A stretch of DNA of 64,000 nt. It comes from Octopus vulgaris. Taxonomy: Eukaryota. The translations under genes were made by a program, and so were the position numbers. Of this stretch, positions 13,480-26,781 are shown piece by piece (positions within the stretch are counted from its first letter, which is position 1; each line of letters starts with the position of its first letter). Below the pieces are notes generated by a model that worked only from the letters and a program-made list of their open reading frames with translations, was not told the DNA's origin and made no database searches. The stretch is from assembly GCA_951406725.2 (NCBI GenBank), contig OX597820.1, positions 24,862,001 to 24,926,000 of the forward strand. Reading direction: 5' to 3'.

Positions 13480-14795
13480 TATCATATCTTCGGTGTTGCA
13501 GTACTCAAGAGTAGGAGAGTAGAGAGAGACTGCTTATGGTTATTATTGATGTGATATTCCTTTAGTCTTCATGTCTAATTCTAATTTAAGTACTGGCTTC
13601 TGAAATTGCCTTCGTAAATTATGATATATTATTTAAAAGGTTTTTATCTCTGTCGACTAAGACAGCTGTTCGATAAACTAAAGATTTAGTTTTGTATATA
13701 TTACTGACTGACATATCTTTTCAATTTAACAATTGGAGTTATCTCTTTTGTCACCTTGACGGAATATACTCCGGAAACTATCCATTCTGAGTCAAACGAC
13801 ACGATAGCTACAAAACGGATGCCTTTATATTTTAAAGCCATACTACTTATTCCCAGCGTAAAGTGAAATATGACACCATGATTTTTAAGAGTTCTAATAC
13901 AAACTAGGCATTGTCAGGCAAGACGAAATCTATGTACTAACGAGAGAATTATTCTTCAGACTTCATGCATAACTGGATAATTCTGTTTTATTCCTTCGTT
14001 CTCAAAGATGGACTTAATGTATCGACTTTTAAACTTGTCTTCACTCATACCCATATGGATTTTTCTTTTAACGTACGACCTATTAAGGATGTAACTTAAG
14101 TTCTTTAAACAACAGATTTCTTAAAACAGCATCAAGGAAAACTAGAACCACATTCGTTTTCTATCGCGCAATCTGAACTATTTTTTCTACAATTACATAA
14201 AATGACACAAAGGATGTTTTTAGTACAACTATAACTAACTTTCATATTATTTCCGTTAAATAATTAACGGTAATTAATTTTGCAGCCTCCTGTCCTGAAA
14301 ATGATATTAGTATTGAGTTATTCTATAATAGCAACATCATCTGATTATTCCTTTTCTATTCAGTAATAGAAAAGTTGTCTAAATTAAACTGTAAAATAAT
14401 ATTTTTCTATATGACACATTGATTCCACTTGAACAAATTCATAATATTACACCCTTCGTAATATTTTTTCTATCTGCTAAAGGCACAAAGCCTGAAATTT
14501 TGAGGGGGGATGGCTGGTCGATTGCATCGACTGCAGTGCTCAAATGGAACATATTTTATCGACCCCGAAAGTCAAAGTCCGGTGCGGTAACGATTCTGCC
14601 AGCTCGCTGCCTTGCGCAATTTGTAATACTATGAATAAGTCATCTCACTTGAATTGAATTTTATATATTTGACCTACTTTGGTTAGTGAATTCTGGCATT
14701 TTCATCAATTAGCTTTTCAATTGTTAGTCATTATTCTTAAAACTTCTTTTAAAATATTAATGTTTTTGTGTATATGTGTGCATGTGCGTATATAC

Positions 14796-15170
14796 AGGCG
14801 CAAGCGAAGCTATGTGGTAAGAATTTTGCTTCCCAACCACATGGTTCCGTGTTCAGTCCCACTGAATGGCACCTTGAGCAAGTGTCTTCTACTATAGTCC
14901 CGGACCGACCAAAGCCTATGGTAGACGAGAACTGAAAGAAATATATTGTGCGTGCGTGTGTGCCTTTGTTTGCGCCCCAAACCACCACTTGACAACGGTT
15001 GGTCATTTATGTCCCCGTAACTTAGAGGTTCGGCAAAAAGAGAAACGATAGTATAAGTAGGCTTATAAACTAAGTACTGGAGTCGATTTGTTCGACTAAA
15101 TCTTTTCAAGGCGGTGCGCCAGCATGGCCACAGTCTAATGAGTGAAGTAAATAAAATTATAAAGAAGAAA
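14796..15170 (+). mobile_element. Family-B SINE
   Basis: Matches 12102-12525 with an internal deletion. Confidence 0.85.
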
Positions 15171-15194
15171 AGAATATATACAGATCGATCGATC

Positions 15195-15267
<73 letters not shown>

Positions 15268-15884
15268 AGACAGGTTCGAGAGAGCGAGAGAGAGAAAGAG
15301 AAAAGAGGAGAGAAAGGAAAAGAGAGAGAAAGAGGAAGAGAGAGAGAAAGAGGAAGGGGGAGAGAAAGGAAGAGAGAGAGAGAGAGAAAGAGAAAGGGAG
15401 ATAGAAACGAAGAGAGAGAGAAAGAAATAAGAAGGAGGAAGCCAGAATGATTGTGAATCTAAAAACTAACACGAACATAATTAAAACCTTCCTTATTCAA
15501 AATTCTAAAAGACCATTTTGGATTACACAGTTTATACGAAAGACTCGAATGCATTTCAGAAAATCTATTCCGCGCTATTACCAATTATGTACATTTGATA
15601 TGTACTTACTGCTACTTGCAAACCTTCTTAACTTCTATAATATTGATTTCTCCTATAAGCTAAGGCCTTAAAATTAGGGTTGGCTATAGTTGGTTATATT
15701 GATTGTAGTACTTGAGTAGCTACTTGTTTTATCGACCCGAGAAGGCTGAAAAACATCCTACCGATCGGCAAGGATTTATCTAACATTATATTTCAGAAAT
15801 TGCATTGTATGCAAATGAAGTGTCCTGTATATGGTTGCCCTACTTGCTGCTAGAAGTAGCAACTAAACTTCACCGGATTTTTTC

Positions 15885-16046
15885 GACGCAGGAGCAGCTG
15901 TGCGGTAAGTAGTTTGCTTACCAACCACATTGCTCCGGGTTCAGTTCCACTGCGTGACACCTTTGGCAAGTGTCTTCTGCTGTAGCTCCAGGCCGACCAA
16001 AGCCTTGTAAGTGGATTTGGTAGACGGAAACTGAAAGAAGTCCGTC

Positions 16047-16093
<47 letters not shown>

Positions 16094-16218
16094 CGCTCTT
16101 GTCCTCCCACCATCACTTGACAACCGATATTGTCGTGTTCACGTCCCCGTAACTTAGCGGTCGGTTCGGCAAAAGAGACCGATAGAATAAGTACTAGGCT
16201 TACAAAGAATAAGTCCTA
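15885..16218 (+). mobile_element. Family-B SINE, 3'-truncated
   Basis: Matches the family-B consensus. Confidence 0.88.
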
Positions 16219-16739
16219 TGTGAAATCTCATTCCAACTGTCATGTCCTTCAGTAGAAGCAAAACTGGAAAGTAATGCAATACAGTTCGTTTGTAGACAGT
16301 TCGTTGCTGAGAAAACTGTTGGGAGCGAAGGCCATCTTCCGTTACTTTCCTGTTGAGTTCTAACAGCTCTGTATAAACATATTCAATATTGTCTCACCAC
16401 TGTATTGCATCTTATCTTCAAATAATTCCTAGTGCTGCTGTTGGCTAATTGTAAAGAGCCTGCATGTGAGGTTTCAGTCAATGTATAAACATGTGAACGG
16501 ATTGGTTGAAAAGAACCAACTCAATTGAATTATAAATGAAATTTGTGAACACGAGTTCAAATCGCTGGACAAGGCACAAATATAGTCTTACACTGGAGAA
16601 AGTCACTACATATTTAAATATTCTATCATGCATAGACACGCACATATCCTATATAAGCCTTCTCGAACGACCATAGTACATTTACACACTCATCCACACA
16701 CACACATAAATACATACACACATGCATACATGCACACAA

Positions 16740-16781
<42 letters not shown>

Positions 16782-17008
16782 TTGTGTGTGTATGTAGGGT
16801 AGGAGGAGTTTTCATCTGGGTGACTCAAACCAATAGGTACGCCTTCTGAGTGCTCAAAATAGTTGTGCAACTAAAATTCCATTTGAACAACAGAAGTGGG
16901 TTCCTCTTGAGTCAGCAGGTATAGACTAAAGTAGTGAGGAAAGGTGAACAATTAGGCAAGACTTGACAAGGACATTCAATTTGATTTAATTTAATTTAGC
17001 TACATAAA

Positions 17009-17199
17009 GAATGATAAAAAAAATAGTCTCTGACAGCTGTTTCTGGGATATCCCAGGTACACACAAAACTATATTCCATTTAGTTACATGTACAGAATAT
17101 CGGAAAGCTTCCGCGCCGTTTCCGTTTACCCATTGTCTAGCAAACACTTAGGTCTAGCTGAAACTAGTGTTTCATACATACAGATAGATCGATCAATCG

Positions 17200-17242
<43 letters not shown>

Positions 17243-17595
17243 GAGACAGAGAGACAGAGAGAGACAGATTCGAGAGAGGGAGAGAAAGAGGAAGGGAGAG
17301 AGAAAGGAAGAGAGAGAGAAAGGGGAAGGGAGCGGGAAAGGAAGAGAGTGAGAAAGAAATAGGAAGAAGGGAGCCAGAATGATTGTGAATCTAAAAACTA
17401 ACACGAATATAACGAATGGTAAAAAAACATAACGAATGGTAAAAAAAATAGTCTCTGACAGCTGTTTCTGGGATATCCCAGGTACACTCAAAACTATATT
17501 CCATTTAGTTACATGTACAGAATATCGGAAAGCTTCCGCGCCGTTTCCATTTACCCAATTTCTAGCCAACACTTAGGTCAAGCTGAAACTAATGT
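17009..17595 (+). repeat. About 160-bp direct duplication (17009-17170 and 17434-17595) enclosing a copy of 15177-15478
   Basis: Both copies read aaatagtctctgacagctgtttctgggatatcccaggtacac...ggaaagcttccgcgccgtttcc...agctgaaacta. The insert ends gccagaatgattgtgaatctaaaaactaacacgaa, as at 15441-15475. Confidence 0.9.
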
Positions 17596-18284
17596 GAAAT
17601 ATGTTTGTTTAAAGTGTAATGCAACAGGAACGAACTTAAGCTTTCGTGATTGAAAAGTGAATTCCTTAACCGCTCCGTGGAGTAACACTATAACATTATT
17701 TATACACAACACGCAAGAACACATCGTCAAATATATAGCTGTGTGATATTTAAATACACACAACACACGATTGCATAAGCCTCAGGATAAACATTGATTT
17801 CACTCACTGCGTCGTATGCTAAACACATCCAATTACTTGATCTTCCGTGTTTAGAGGAATTCATCATTGGTTGACCAGTGACATTATCTGGCGGATAATG
17901 ATAGAGAACTGTATGGAACTGTAACTAATTGTATGCGGAAGAGGGTTTTTGATTTATAAGGAATTACTGAATTGTCCCATCAGCGGAACTGAAGGGAGTA
18001 GGATTGCAATTAAGAAATGAAATCTAATCTTAGGCGTAAATGAAGAGGAAAAGTTATAAATCCTTCAGATTGGTTTGGTTCATTGAGAACTTACATAATA
18101 ATCAACAGCATTCAGTATACATTAGCACACACACACACACACATATACACACAACACCGCATCCATGGGAACAGTCGATGCAAACACCCGCTATGGCAAT
18201 TTTGAAAACCATTAGAATCTATAGAAACTATTTCTATGCACTTGAAAATGCTCAACATTCACGCTCAAAGATTAATGTTATAAA

Positions 18285-18517
18285 ATTTTGGCACAAGGCC
18301 AGTACTTTTTAGGGGGAAAGGGCAACTCAATAATATCACCACCATTACTCCATTCCACACCATCCCCAGTGCTAAAATGGTACTTATTTTCTCGACCCCG
18401 AAAGGAAGAAAGGCGAAGATAACCTTGGCGAGATTTGAACACAAAACATAAAGAGCCGGAAGAAATGCTGCTAAGCATTTCTTCAGACGCGCTAACAATT
18501 CTGTCGGTTCGCCGCCT
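18285..18517 (-). mobile_element. Family-A SINE
   Basis: Diverged reverse-complement match to family A. Confidence 0.8.
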
Positions 18518-18979
18518 TATTCAGAACCAAAGATTAAGGATTAAATTTATTTATAATATCTATGATATGAAGATAAGATTCAAGAATATGACGAGAATGT
18601 ATCATTGTTCGGAAGCTTAGCAAAAATAACAAGGAAATGCAGAAAAATTCAACGACTGAGAGATAAATATGTAAGAAAAAGCTTCTTAAGAGGAATTTTA
18701 CACAGGATTAAATCTAGTATCAACTTATGCCATACCTCTTTTCTCTGAACAAACGTCTCTGTATCTAACAAAAATGTCGACATGAAATTATAGATACACA
18801 CCTTACCATAATCAGTGGGCGATCGGGGAAACAGTATGAAAGCATTATTGGTTTCTATGTGTATCGGCATTGCTATAGCCATAACTTTATAAAGTAGCAG
18901 GTGTCAACAATGGTAAAATTCAAGAATATAGAAAGACAGAAAGACAGACAAACAGACAGACAGACAGATAGACAGATAA

Positions 18980-19063
<84 letters not shown>

Positions 19064-19663
19064 AAATATATACATATACATATACATATAAAGTATGCAT
19101 ATATGCGTACACATATGCTGCATTTACATATCAATAGACTCCTTGAGTGTATATGTGTGTATGCGTAACTATAAATACATAAACGAGATAGCAATCACGG
19201 AAAAGACTATGAATTGTGATAGAGAAAATTAAATCCTCCCACGCACATACGCAAAAACTATGAACAAATGAATAAATTCATTAACATTCCACACGTAGTG
19301 GCTTTATATCCAATACAGCTGCCCAACGGTGTATCAATAAAGAATGACTATATATCAATTTGACATGTAAACGTCATTAAGCAAGCAATCTATGCATCTG
19401 ATGACGTAATATCCGTGGATATGGATGTGGAAACATGGCTATGCTGTCGCTTGCAGAAACAGTTCAGATCAACCAGAAAAATATCAGTGGGCAAAAAATT
19501 AATTGATGAAAAATAGTTAGGATGTCGGTGATGTAGTTGCATAACAAGTGGCCTGATCTGAGATCGTGTGCTGGAATGAAAACAATTGCAGCGTGGAAGG
19601 TGTTTATAAGCCATTTAAGAAACACACAAAAACCGTTAGATTCACTTCAACATTTAAATTTAA

Positions 19664-19714
19664 TTTGTCAAAATATTTTCTTCGCTTTGAGACCGCGACC
19701 TGTTCACTCACAAA
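19664..19714 (-). ncRNA. Minimal type I hammerhead-ribozyme-like motif with a G3/C8 swapped core
   Basis: Minus strand: TTTGTGA-GTGAACA-G-GTCGC-ggtctcaaa-GCGAA-GAAA-ATATTT-TGACAAA. Stem I pairs 6 of 7, stem II is TCGC/GCGA, helix III is the palindrome AATATT. Confidence 0.55.
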
Positions 19715-21378
19715 ACTTCGTGCTGCGTATTAGGATGTCAGATACAATAAACGATAAAGAAGACGACGATAGAATAAATATATCTAGTGACACCAAACAG
19801 ATTTCTCCACCCGCCCAAATAAAAGCAGGTACTAAGATAATACTGCTTTAATAACAGTAGGTATATTACGGTTATCGGCCAATAAGTAGGTAACATCTCA
19901 CGAATTATCCAATAAAAGTTCAATGGAGCGATCAAAAAGGCATGCTTAAACAAATCTACAACAGTATTACGTAATCGGATATTCACTGGTGCCCTTCAGA
20001 GGGATCAAGAATTATTTGTACAATTGGCATTATATTAAATATAGATATTCGAAGTATCCCTTCCCTAGACTGTATCTATGTATCAAGCAAAAATGTGAAT
20101 CTAAAATTACGTATTTATACACCTAACCATCAGCAGTAGATAATAAGGTATATGGTGTGAGAGCGTTATTGTCTTCTATGCTCGCTGCTATTGACACAAA
20201 TTTTTTTAAATTTCCAAAGCACCATGGCAGCTATAGAAAACTTGTTAATTTTTTTTTATTAAGCATTCTTTTGTTTAATAGAATTTTGAGCCATAAAATA
20301 GTCCAGGTGTTCGACTATTATATGTTCTTTCAAAAGCATTACATTATATTTTATTAAAAAATCTACGACATACTTAGATACTCTTTGCAGTGTACGATTT
20401 GAGAGACATTGATCTAGAGAAACCGGCTGTAATAAGGAAATCGACCAAAGAGACAAAACAATCGAAGAATTGGCCAATGATATAGGACAACGCGATAATA
20501 ATTAAAAAGATATCGCTCTGAAAAAAATAATCAAATTTGGCTGCTATTTCCAGAGGACCGAAAGACAGTCGTGTCAGCTCTCACATTAATCCGTTGTATT
20601 TATTTCTCTCTTGTGTGCAGTTGTTTTCCCTGTCAATTTAATTGAACGCTGTTTGTTTTCTTTCTGTTTTTTTCGTTAATATTCCGTTATGCTCTTATTG
20701 TAACCAGTACATACATACACGCATGCAAATTTAAGCACAGTATGTAGACGCATACGTACACACACACACACACACACATATACATGTATGTATGTATATG
20801 TATACATATTTTTCTCTCGTTAAGACAGCTGCATTTGAAAGCAAATAAAATATCAGCACTTTCTGCTTGATATTGATTCCTTCAGGCAACTCTTGCAAAC
20901 TTTCCAAGATGCACTCATTTTCTTTCGTGCATTACTTACAGCTGTACTTCCCGTAGCCCAGCAAAGAACGATAACAACCACCATCATCCATTACAGCTAA
21001 TATCACTGCTTTTTAGGCTTGTGGTTTTACTGGATATCACACACACCTTAAAGTCTCGCATTTTCTTGGAGCAAGTGACATTATAATGTAAATAACTGTA
21101 ACTGACTTTCTTACAGATCATATGAGTGTATACAATTTATTATTTTATTTTTGTATCTGTGTGTGTGTGAAAATTAGAAGAAATATATGAGAAAGGCGGA
21201 TAAAGAAAAGACGAAATAGATAAATAAATGGCAGCGAAATACCAAATCAGGTTAGACATGTTGTTTAATGGATGTTTAAGAACAACCCGAGGCAAGGTTT
21301 TTGGTTTTATGCTTCGGTCATGTGTATTCGGCGTTTATACATACAAACATACATACACACACACAAACACACACACAA

Positions 21379-21418
<40 letters not shown>

Positions 21419-21680
21419 ACACACACACATACACACGCATACATGTATATATAGGCGCAAGAGTGGCTATGTCGTAAGAAGCTTGTTTCCAAGCCACATG
21501 GTTCCGGGTTCATGTATATATATATATTTTGTGAAATAGAAAGATGAATAATCTTGTTGCAGATTAATCAAAAGTTTAACCGATACCTTGGTAGCAAAAA
21601 TCACAGCAGAAGACAGCACGGTTGGAGGTACAACCATATGGTGTTGCAACCGTGTGTTGGTGCGGATAATTGAATTTTAA

Positions 21681-21832
21681 TATTATTAGTGAATTGAAGA
21701 AATGGAGTTGAACGAAGATTGAACAGAAATCGGAATTTGGTAAATTGTGCCTTTCGAAACACGTGTAGAATGCAATAAAACGATTTCTGTTCAATCTTCG
21801 TTCAACTCCATTTCTTCAATTCACTAATAATA
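21681..21832. repeat. Perfect 52-bp inverted repeat with a 48-bp spacer
   Basis: 21681-21732 is the reverse complement of 21781-21832. Confidence 0.95.
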
Positions 21833-21858
21833 TATATATATATATATACATTTACATG

Positions 21859-21966
21859 TATACACATATCCATATACATAGTATGAGTACAGAAACGTGT
21901 AAACCTACGTTGTAAAAATACAAATATATATATATATATACATTTGTATATATATTTATATATTTG

Positions 21967-22006
<40 letters not shown>

Positions 22007-22065
22007 TTTTTACAACGTAGGTTTATATGTTCTGTACTCATATTATGCATATGGATATGTGTATA
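21859..22065. repeat. Diverged about 60-bp inverted repeat around a (TA)n core
   Basis: catatccatatacatagtatgagtacagaaac..aaacctacgttgtaaaaat versus atttttacaacgtaggttta..ttctgtactcatattatgcatatggatatg. Confidence 0.85.
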
Positions 22066-22081
22066 CATATGGATATGTACA

Positions 22082-22139
<58 letters not shown>

Positions 22140-22149
22140 GTATGTATAA

Positions 22150-22190
<41 letters not shown>

Positions 22191-22214
22191 CACACATACT
22201 TACACATATATGTA

Positions 22215-22437
22215 TAATTTTTAAGTACATTTTTTAAAGCCAAAATTTCCGTAAGTTATAAAACTTTAATCGTAAAGGTCAACGGTTTGTAGTATTACCA
22301 GGTTTTTCAGTATTTCAGGTTAAATCTCCTTCTTCAGGAAATTTTTCCCTGAAATTTTGAAATATCAGATAACATTACTAACCATTGACCTGTGTTATTA
22401 ACTTTTCGTAACTTGCATTGCTTTGTCCTTAAAATAA
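22215..22437. repeat. Diverged inverted repeat with an HHR-like core (minus strand 22308-22340) at its centre
   Basis: Arms share aggtcaa.ggtt.gta.t.tta.c.g.t.tttca..atttcagg. Minus strand reads CTGAAGA-AGG-agatttaa-CCT-GAAA. Confidence 0.65.
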
Positions 22438-22463
22438 TACATACACGCACACACACTCTATAT

Positions 22464-22502
<39 letters not shown>

Positions 22503-22849
22503 ATACATATACATATATGTACGAGTCTGTATGAGTGTTTGTATGTATATTGAAGGACAACAAATGAGCATTCACTCACATGCACATATGCGCAATGACA
22601 ACATAAGACAGACTTTATTCTTGATTTTTGATGTGCAAATTAAGTTTACAAATGTGTTGTGACATCAGATCGATGTTTTGCCTTAAACAATATTTAGTTT
22701 ACCCAGCTCTTCTTTCCGTCTATAATCTGTTAATGATTATTTTGCCAACGGCATTATTTACGTCTTTAGATATTATCATTATTACTGTTGTTAGTATTCA
22801 AGTTTCTGCTGCTGGTATTATTATGATGACGTTGATGATGATGATGATG

Positions 22850-22956
<107 letters not shown>

Positions 22957-22958
22957 TA

Positions 22959-23014
<56 letters not shown>

Positions 23015-23089
23015 GTCGTTGTCTTGCAGGTAAGATGCCAAAATCAATACCATTGTCATTATTATTTTAGTTTATCGCAGTAAACTGGT

Positions 23090-23591
23090 TCAAACATTTG
23101 CAAATTTTCAGACGTCGTTAAGCCTGGTCGTTGGTCAGTTCACAAGGTCTCAATTAACACTGCTGTCTGGAGGGCCTGGTTCTGCCGTCAATGTACGAAT
23201 GCTTAAGCTTGCAGTTGTTCAACCATTTCAAACGAGGCCTTATCTTCAACAACAGAAGGTCACACTGACTTTGTTTTTCTTTGAGACTGGTAACACCTTT
23301 CTTGAAACACCTGAACCAGTCTTGTGCCACATTCGTTGGCAGTTCCTAGGCCTTCAACATCATTAATTTCTTTTGCAGTTGCCTTTGGACTCTATCTTTT
23401 TTCCATAGGTAACGTAAAATGGCTCTAATTTTTTACCACTCATTATCAAAATAATTGATGTTTATATTTTATATACGAAAATAAAGAATAAACACTTCAG
23501 TAAAGATTGACCAACAAGTATTAAATTAATGATACAACAAATTGTCAAGATTATCAGTCAAAATCCTAAAATACTTTCACTCTACCGTGTA
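23090..23591 (-). mobile_element. Mariner transposase N-terminal pseudogene fragment with 5' end
   Basis: Minus strand: IRAILRYLWKK..ATAKEINDVEGLGTANE.VAQDWFRCFKKG..SL.....PSVVED..LSIRTL..ELTNDQ..RRLKIC, matching the mariner HTH and WVPHEL region. Terminus begins tacacggtagagtg. Confidence 0.75.
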
Positions 23592-24266
23592 GAGTGAAAT
23601 TATCTCATATTTACAATAGTTTGTTCCCAAAAGTATCCCCAACGTGGGTCACACGCTCTGCTGATGGGGCATGAGATCCAAATGTTTCTATCTCTTTTCT
23701 TAGTGACATGGAATTGTGAAACTATTTTTTCACAGCATACCTACTACACCTATACTCAACATAATACAGCTTTACTCAGCATATATACTGTGTGAAGATT
23801 GTTTGCTGCAATTTAGCGTTATTCTGATGTCCTGGTGTGGCTATTTCTTTAAAGATATTTTTCTGGAAAATTACAGTGGAGCCTGGGGAAAAGAAAGGTT
23901 GGGTAACTTTCGTCGGTGGTTGCCGAGCTTCAAGAAATAGCTACTTAATATCCATCAAAACACACACGCTGTCTTAAAGAAAAGAAAAAGTGCATTAGAC
24001 AACGCCGTCCAAGATAGTTTGAAATGACAGGATGTTTACGAACGGAAAATCTTAGATTCCGATGTCTTTACAGGGGATCATTCCACAAGGTCAAGAAAAG
24101 CTATAAGAGGGATCACTTTGAGCAGATATAGAGGCAATTACGCAGATAAACAAATTAGATACCTGAAATATATTAATTTGTCTAACTTGTTTATTCGCAT
24201 AATTGCTTATATATATATGGAATGTATTAGCCTGACGCTCAGTAAAAATTGGAAACAAGGGTTGGT

Positions 24267-24301
24267 GTTTTACGTTTCGAGCATAGTTCTTCATCAGAAA
24301 G
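24267..24301 (-). ncRNA. Minimal type I hammerhead-ribozyme-like motif (best-preserved core)
   Basis: Minus strand: cttt-CTGATGA-A-GAAC-tat-GCTC-GAAAC-GTA-aaac, with intact CUGAUGA and GAAA, an ACGT palindromic helix III and a GUA triplet. Confidence 0.65.
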
Positions 24302-24373
24302 AGGAGAAAGGAAATGTCTGGAGGAAGAAAGTCCAAGAAAAGCACGTGTGTGGTTATATGGATGAAGTATATA

Positions 24374-24598
24374 CGAGGGGGTGGTGTGCTGAAAAGTTCC
24401 TGGCTTTGGATAAAAGAAAATACACAGGAGGATCATTTAATTATGATTTTATTCAACGCATTTCTATCTCAGATTCACACACTTATTGCAGTGGTCCTTC
24501 AGTTTTTTCTAAATCCTGCAAAAGAACTCGGAAGGTTGGGCTTCTAACCAGGCCATTCACGAAATCCTTAAAGCCAGGAAATTTTCAGCAACCCCTCG
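24374..24598. mobile_element. Mariner-type MITE with TIRs and TA target-site duplication
   Basis: TA|cgagggggt..tgctgaaaagttcctggcttt ... aaagccaggaaattttcagcaacccctcg|TA. Confidence 0.88.
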
Positions 24599-25220
24599 TA
24601 TATGACTTTCAGCAATCAGTAAATGTTCTGAGTTTACAACTAGGATGCTGTATTCTGTATTCTGATTCTTTTATTGATATGTCAGCATCAATAGAACATC
24701 CATTGCTAAACATGTAATTTTTTTGTAGAATTTATATGAAATGGTTGTGTTATTAATACATTTCATCTCTCTCCGACAAAGATTTCTGTCCAAAATTTTT
24801 GCTTCTCTTCTTCGCAGCGTAACGTTTATTCTAATCTTTATTATTACTATTTTTCGATGCAGAACAACCCTATTTCCCCATAGAATCTACAGTTTTATAA
24901 TCAATTCGTTCATAGATTTATTTTGTTTTTTTTGTTTTTGTTTTTTGGGGTTTTTTTTGTCAGTAATGTAATTTGTAGCAATGCCTACTTGTTGTAAATG
25001 CACTGGCGCTCGGAGCAACTTTGACGTAGTTATATGGCTTATGTTATAGTTTAAGTGATGACAAATGCAACATTAATATTTACATATATCTTTATATACC
25101 ACATAGGTCATCTGAAGTATGCTCTGTTGCTTACAGGCCAAAGTTATTTTATATTAATGAAAGGATTTTATTAACCAGTAAGAAAATATATTTCCAATGC
25201 GTCTCGATGGGTAGGGGTCA

Positions 25221-25441
25221 TTTTGCCAATAATAAACGCATGCACTGGTTTTATTTCCTTTCTTTCGTTATTGTTAATCAACTAGATAATTATTCAATTA
25301 ATTAACTAATCGATTATTTGACTAGTCATTGGGATCTTTCGTTGCCATTCGTAACAGCGCATGCCATTGATACGATCGTCGAGAAGAGCGATGAAAAGAC
25401 TGATGAAATAAAACTAGTGCATGCGTTTATTATTGGCAAAA
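25221..25441. repeat. 37-bp inverted repeat (1 mismatch) with about 147-bp spacer
   Basis: ttttgccaataataaacgcatgcactggttttatttc / gaaataaaactagtgcatgcgtttattattggcaaaa. Confidence 0.9.
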
Positions 25442-26708
25442 GAGAGGTAAGAGGGACCGATAGAATAAGTACTAGGCTTACAAACAATAAGTTCTCGGGT
25501 CGATTTCTTCGACTAACACCCTTTAAGGTGGTGCTCCAACATGGCCGCAGTCAAATGACTGAAACAAGTAAAAAAGCAAAATAATATATCCTTACAGTTT
25601 GTGGTCGGGTGAAATACATGCTATGCTCTTTTTTTTAAATAATTGAATATTTATTTAATTCCCTGTGTATTCATCAGCTCTGTAACTAGAATGCGTATTG
25701 ATTGATAATTCTGTCTAGCTGTTTATCGACCGTGCCTAAACGGGTATGTTTACCATAAAAACAATAATCAGAGCGAGCTATCTTTTTTTTTTTTTTTTGC
25801 AAATCTTTACGATTCCATGGTTATATGAATGGGGTGAATACCATTTCCTAATGAGAAGTATTATATTGGACTTGCACTTTTATTACAGCGGTAATTAATT
25901 TGTTGAGTTTAATGTTTTATTGTGGAATGTTATCTTTCTTAATTTTGATAAATTTTGCTCTTATCGTTTATCATATTCATAATTCTTTTTTGCAAAATAT
26001 TCACCTTTGTCCGCGATAAAAAATTAATTATTTTTGCCACTTTTAAACATAACGATTTTACTGTTCATAAGATCATGTAGAGTTTGTATAAGTTTGATGT
26101 TACAAAATTCTTGTATGTGTGTGAATGTATGTGTGTGTATGTGAGTGTGCGCGTTTGTGTGTCTGCGTTTGCGAATGTGTGTGTGCCCCTGTTTCCTTCT
26201 TTTGATCCAGTAACAACAAATAATTACATATATAATAATCAGCATGAATCAAATACGTTCCAGTTATTAGCATAAAGTATTAATTAGGAAATTTATTTAA
26301 AAATCTGTAACACTAATTAAATACTAAATTAGTTCAATTCTAACTACTCGGCGTAACGTTACGTCGAGAATTAAGGATTTGACAAAGCCCTTCTTTCACC
26401 TGAGGACGTAGCATTGTTTTTAAAAGATTTTTTTTTTTTGAATTTTGCATAAATGCAGACTTGTAATCAATTTATTTATTATTAAACATAATAATATATA
26501 TTATCCTTACATGCTTTAAGTCACGAAACAATTTGTCGTAATATTTGAATTTTTTGTTGTTAAACAAATTTTCATCATAATAATTCTGTCATTTATAACT
26601 CTACGCACTCCTTATCGTTTTCTCTTGTATAGTTATCAGTACTACCTAATTACTTGAATCCTGTGTATGTGTGTGTATGTATGTGTTTATGTGTGTGTGT
26701 ATCTGTGT

Positions 26709-26781
<73 letters not shown>

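Noticed and set aside
19790-20150. Possible Helitron Pif1 helicase remnant (SPPAQIKAGTKIILL)
   Set aside because: Only a short, weak resemblance, with no further helicase motifs recoverable.
24118-24717. 199-aa ORF
   Set aside because: It runs across an HHR element and a mariner MITE, so it is a chance open frame.
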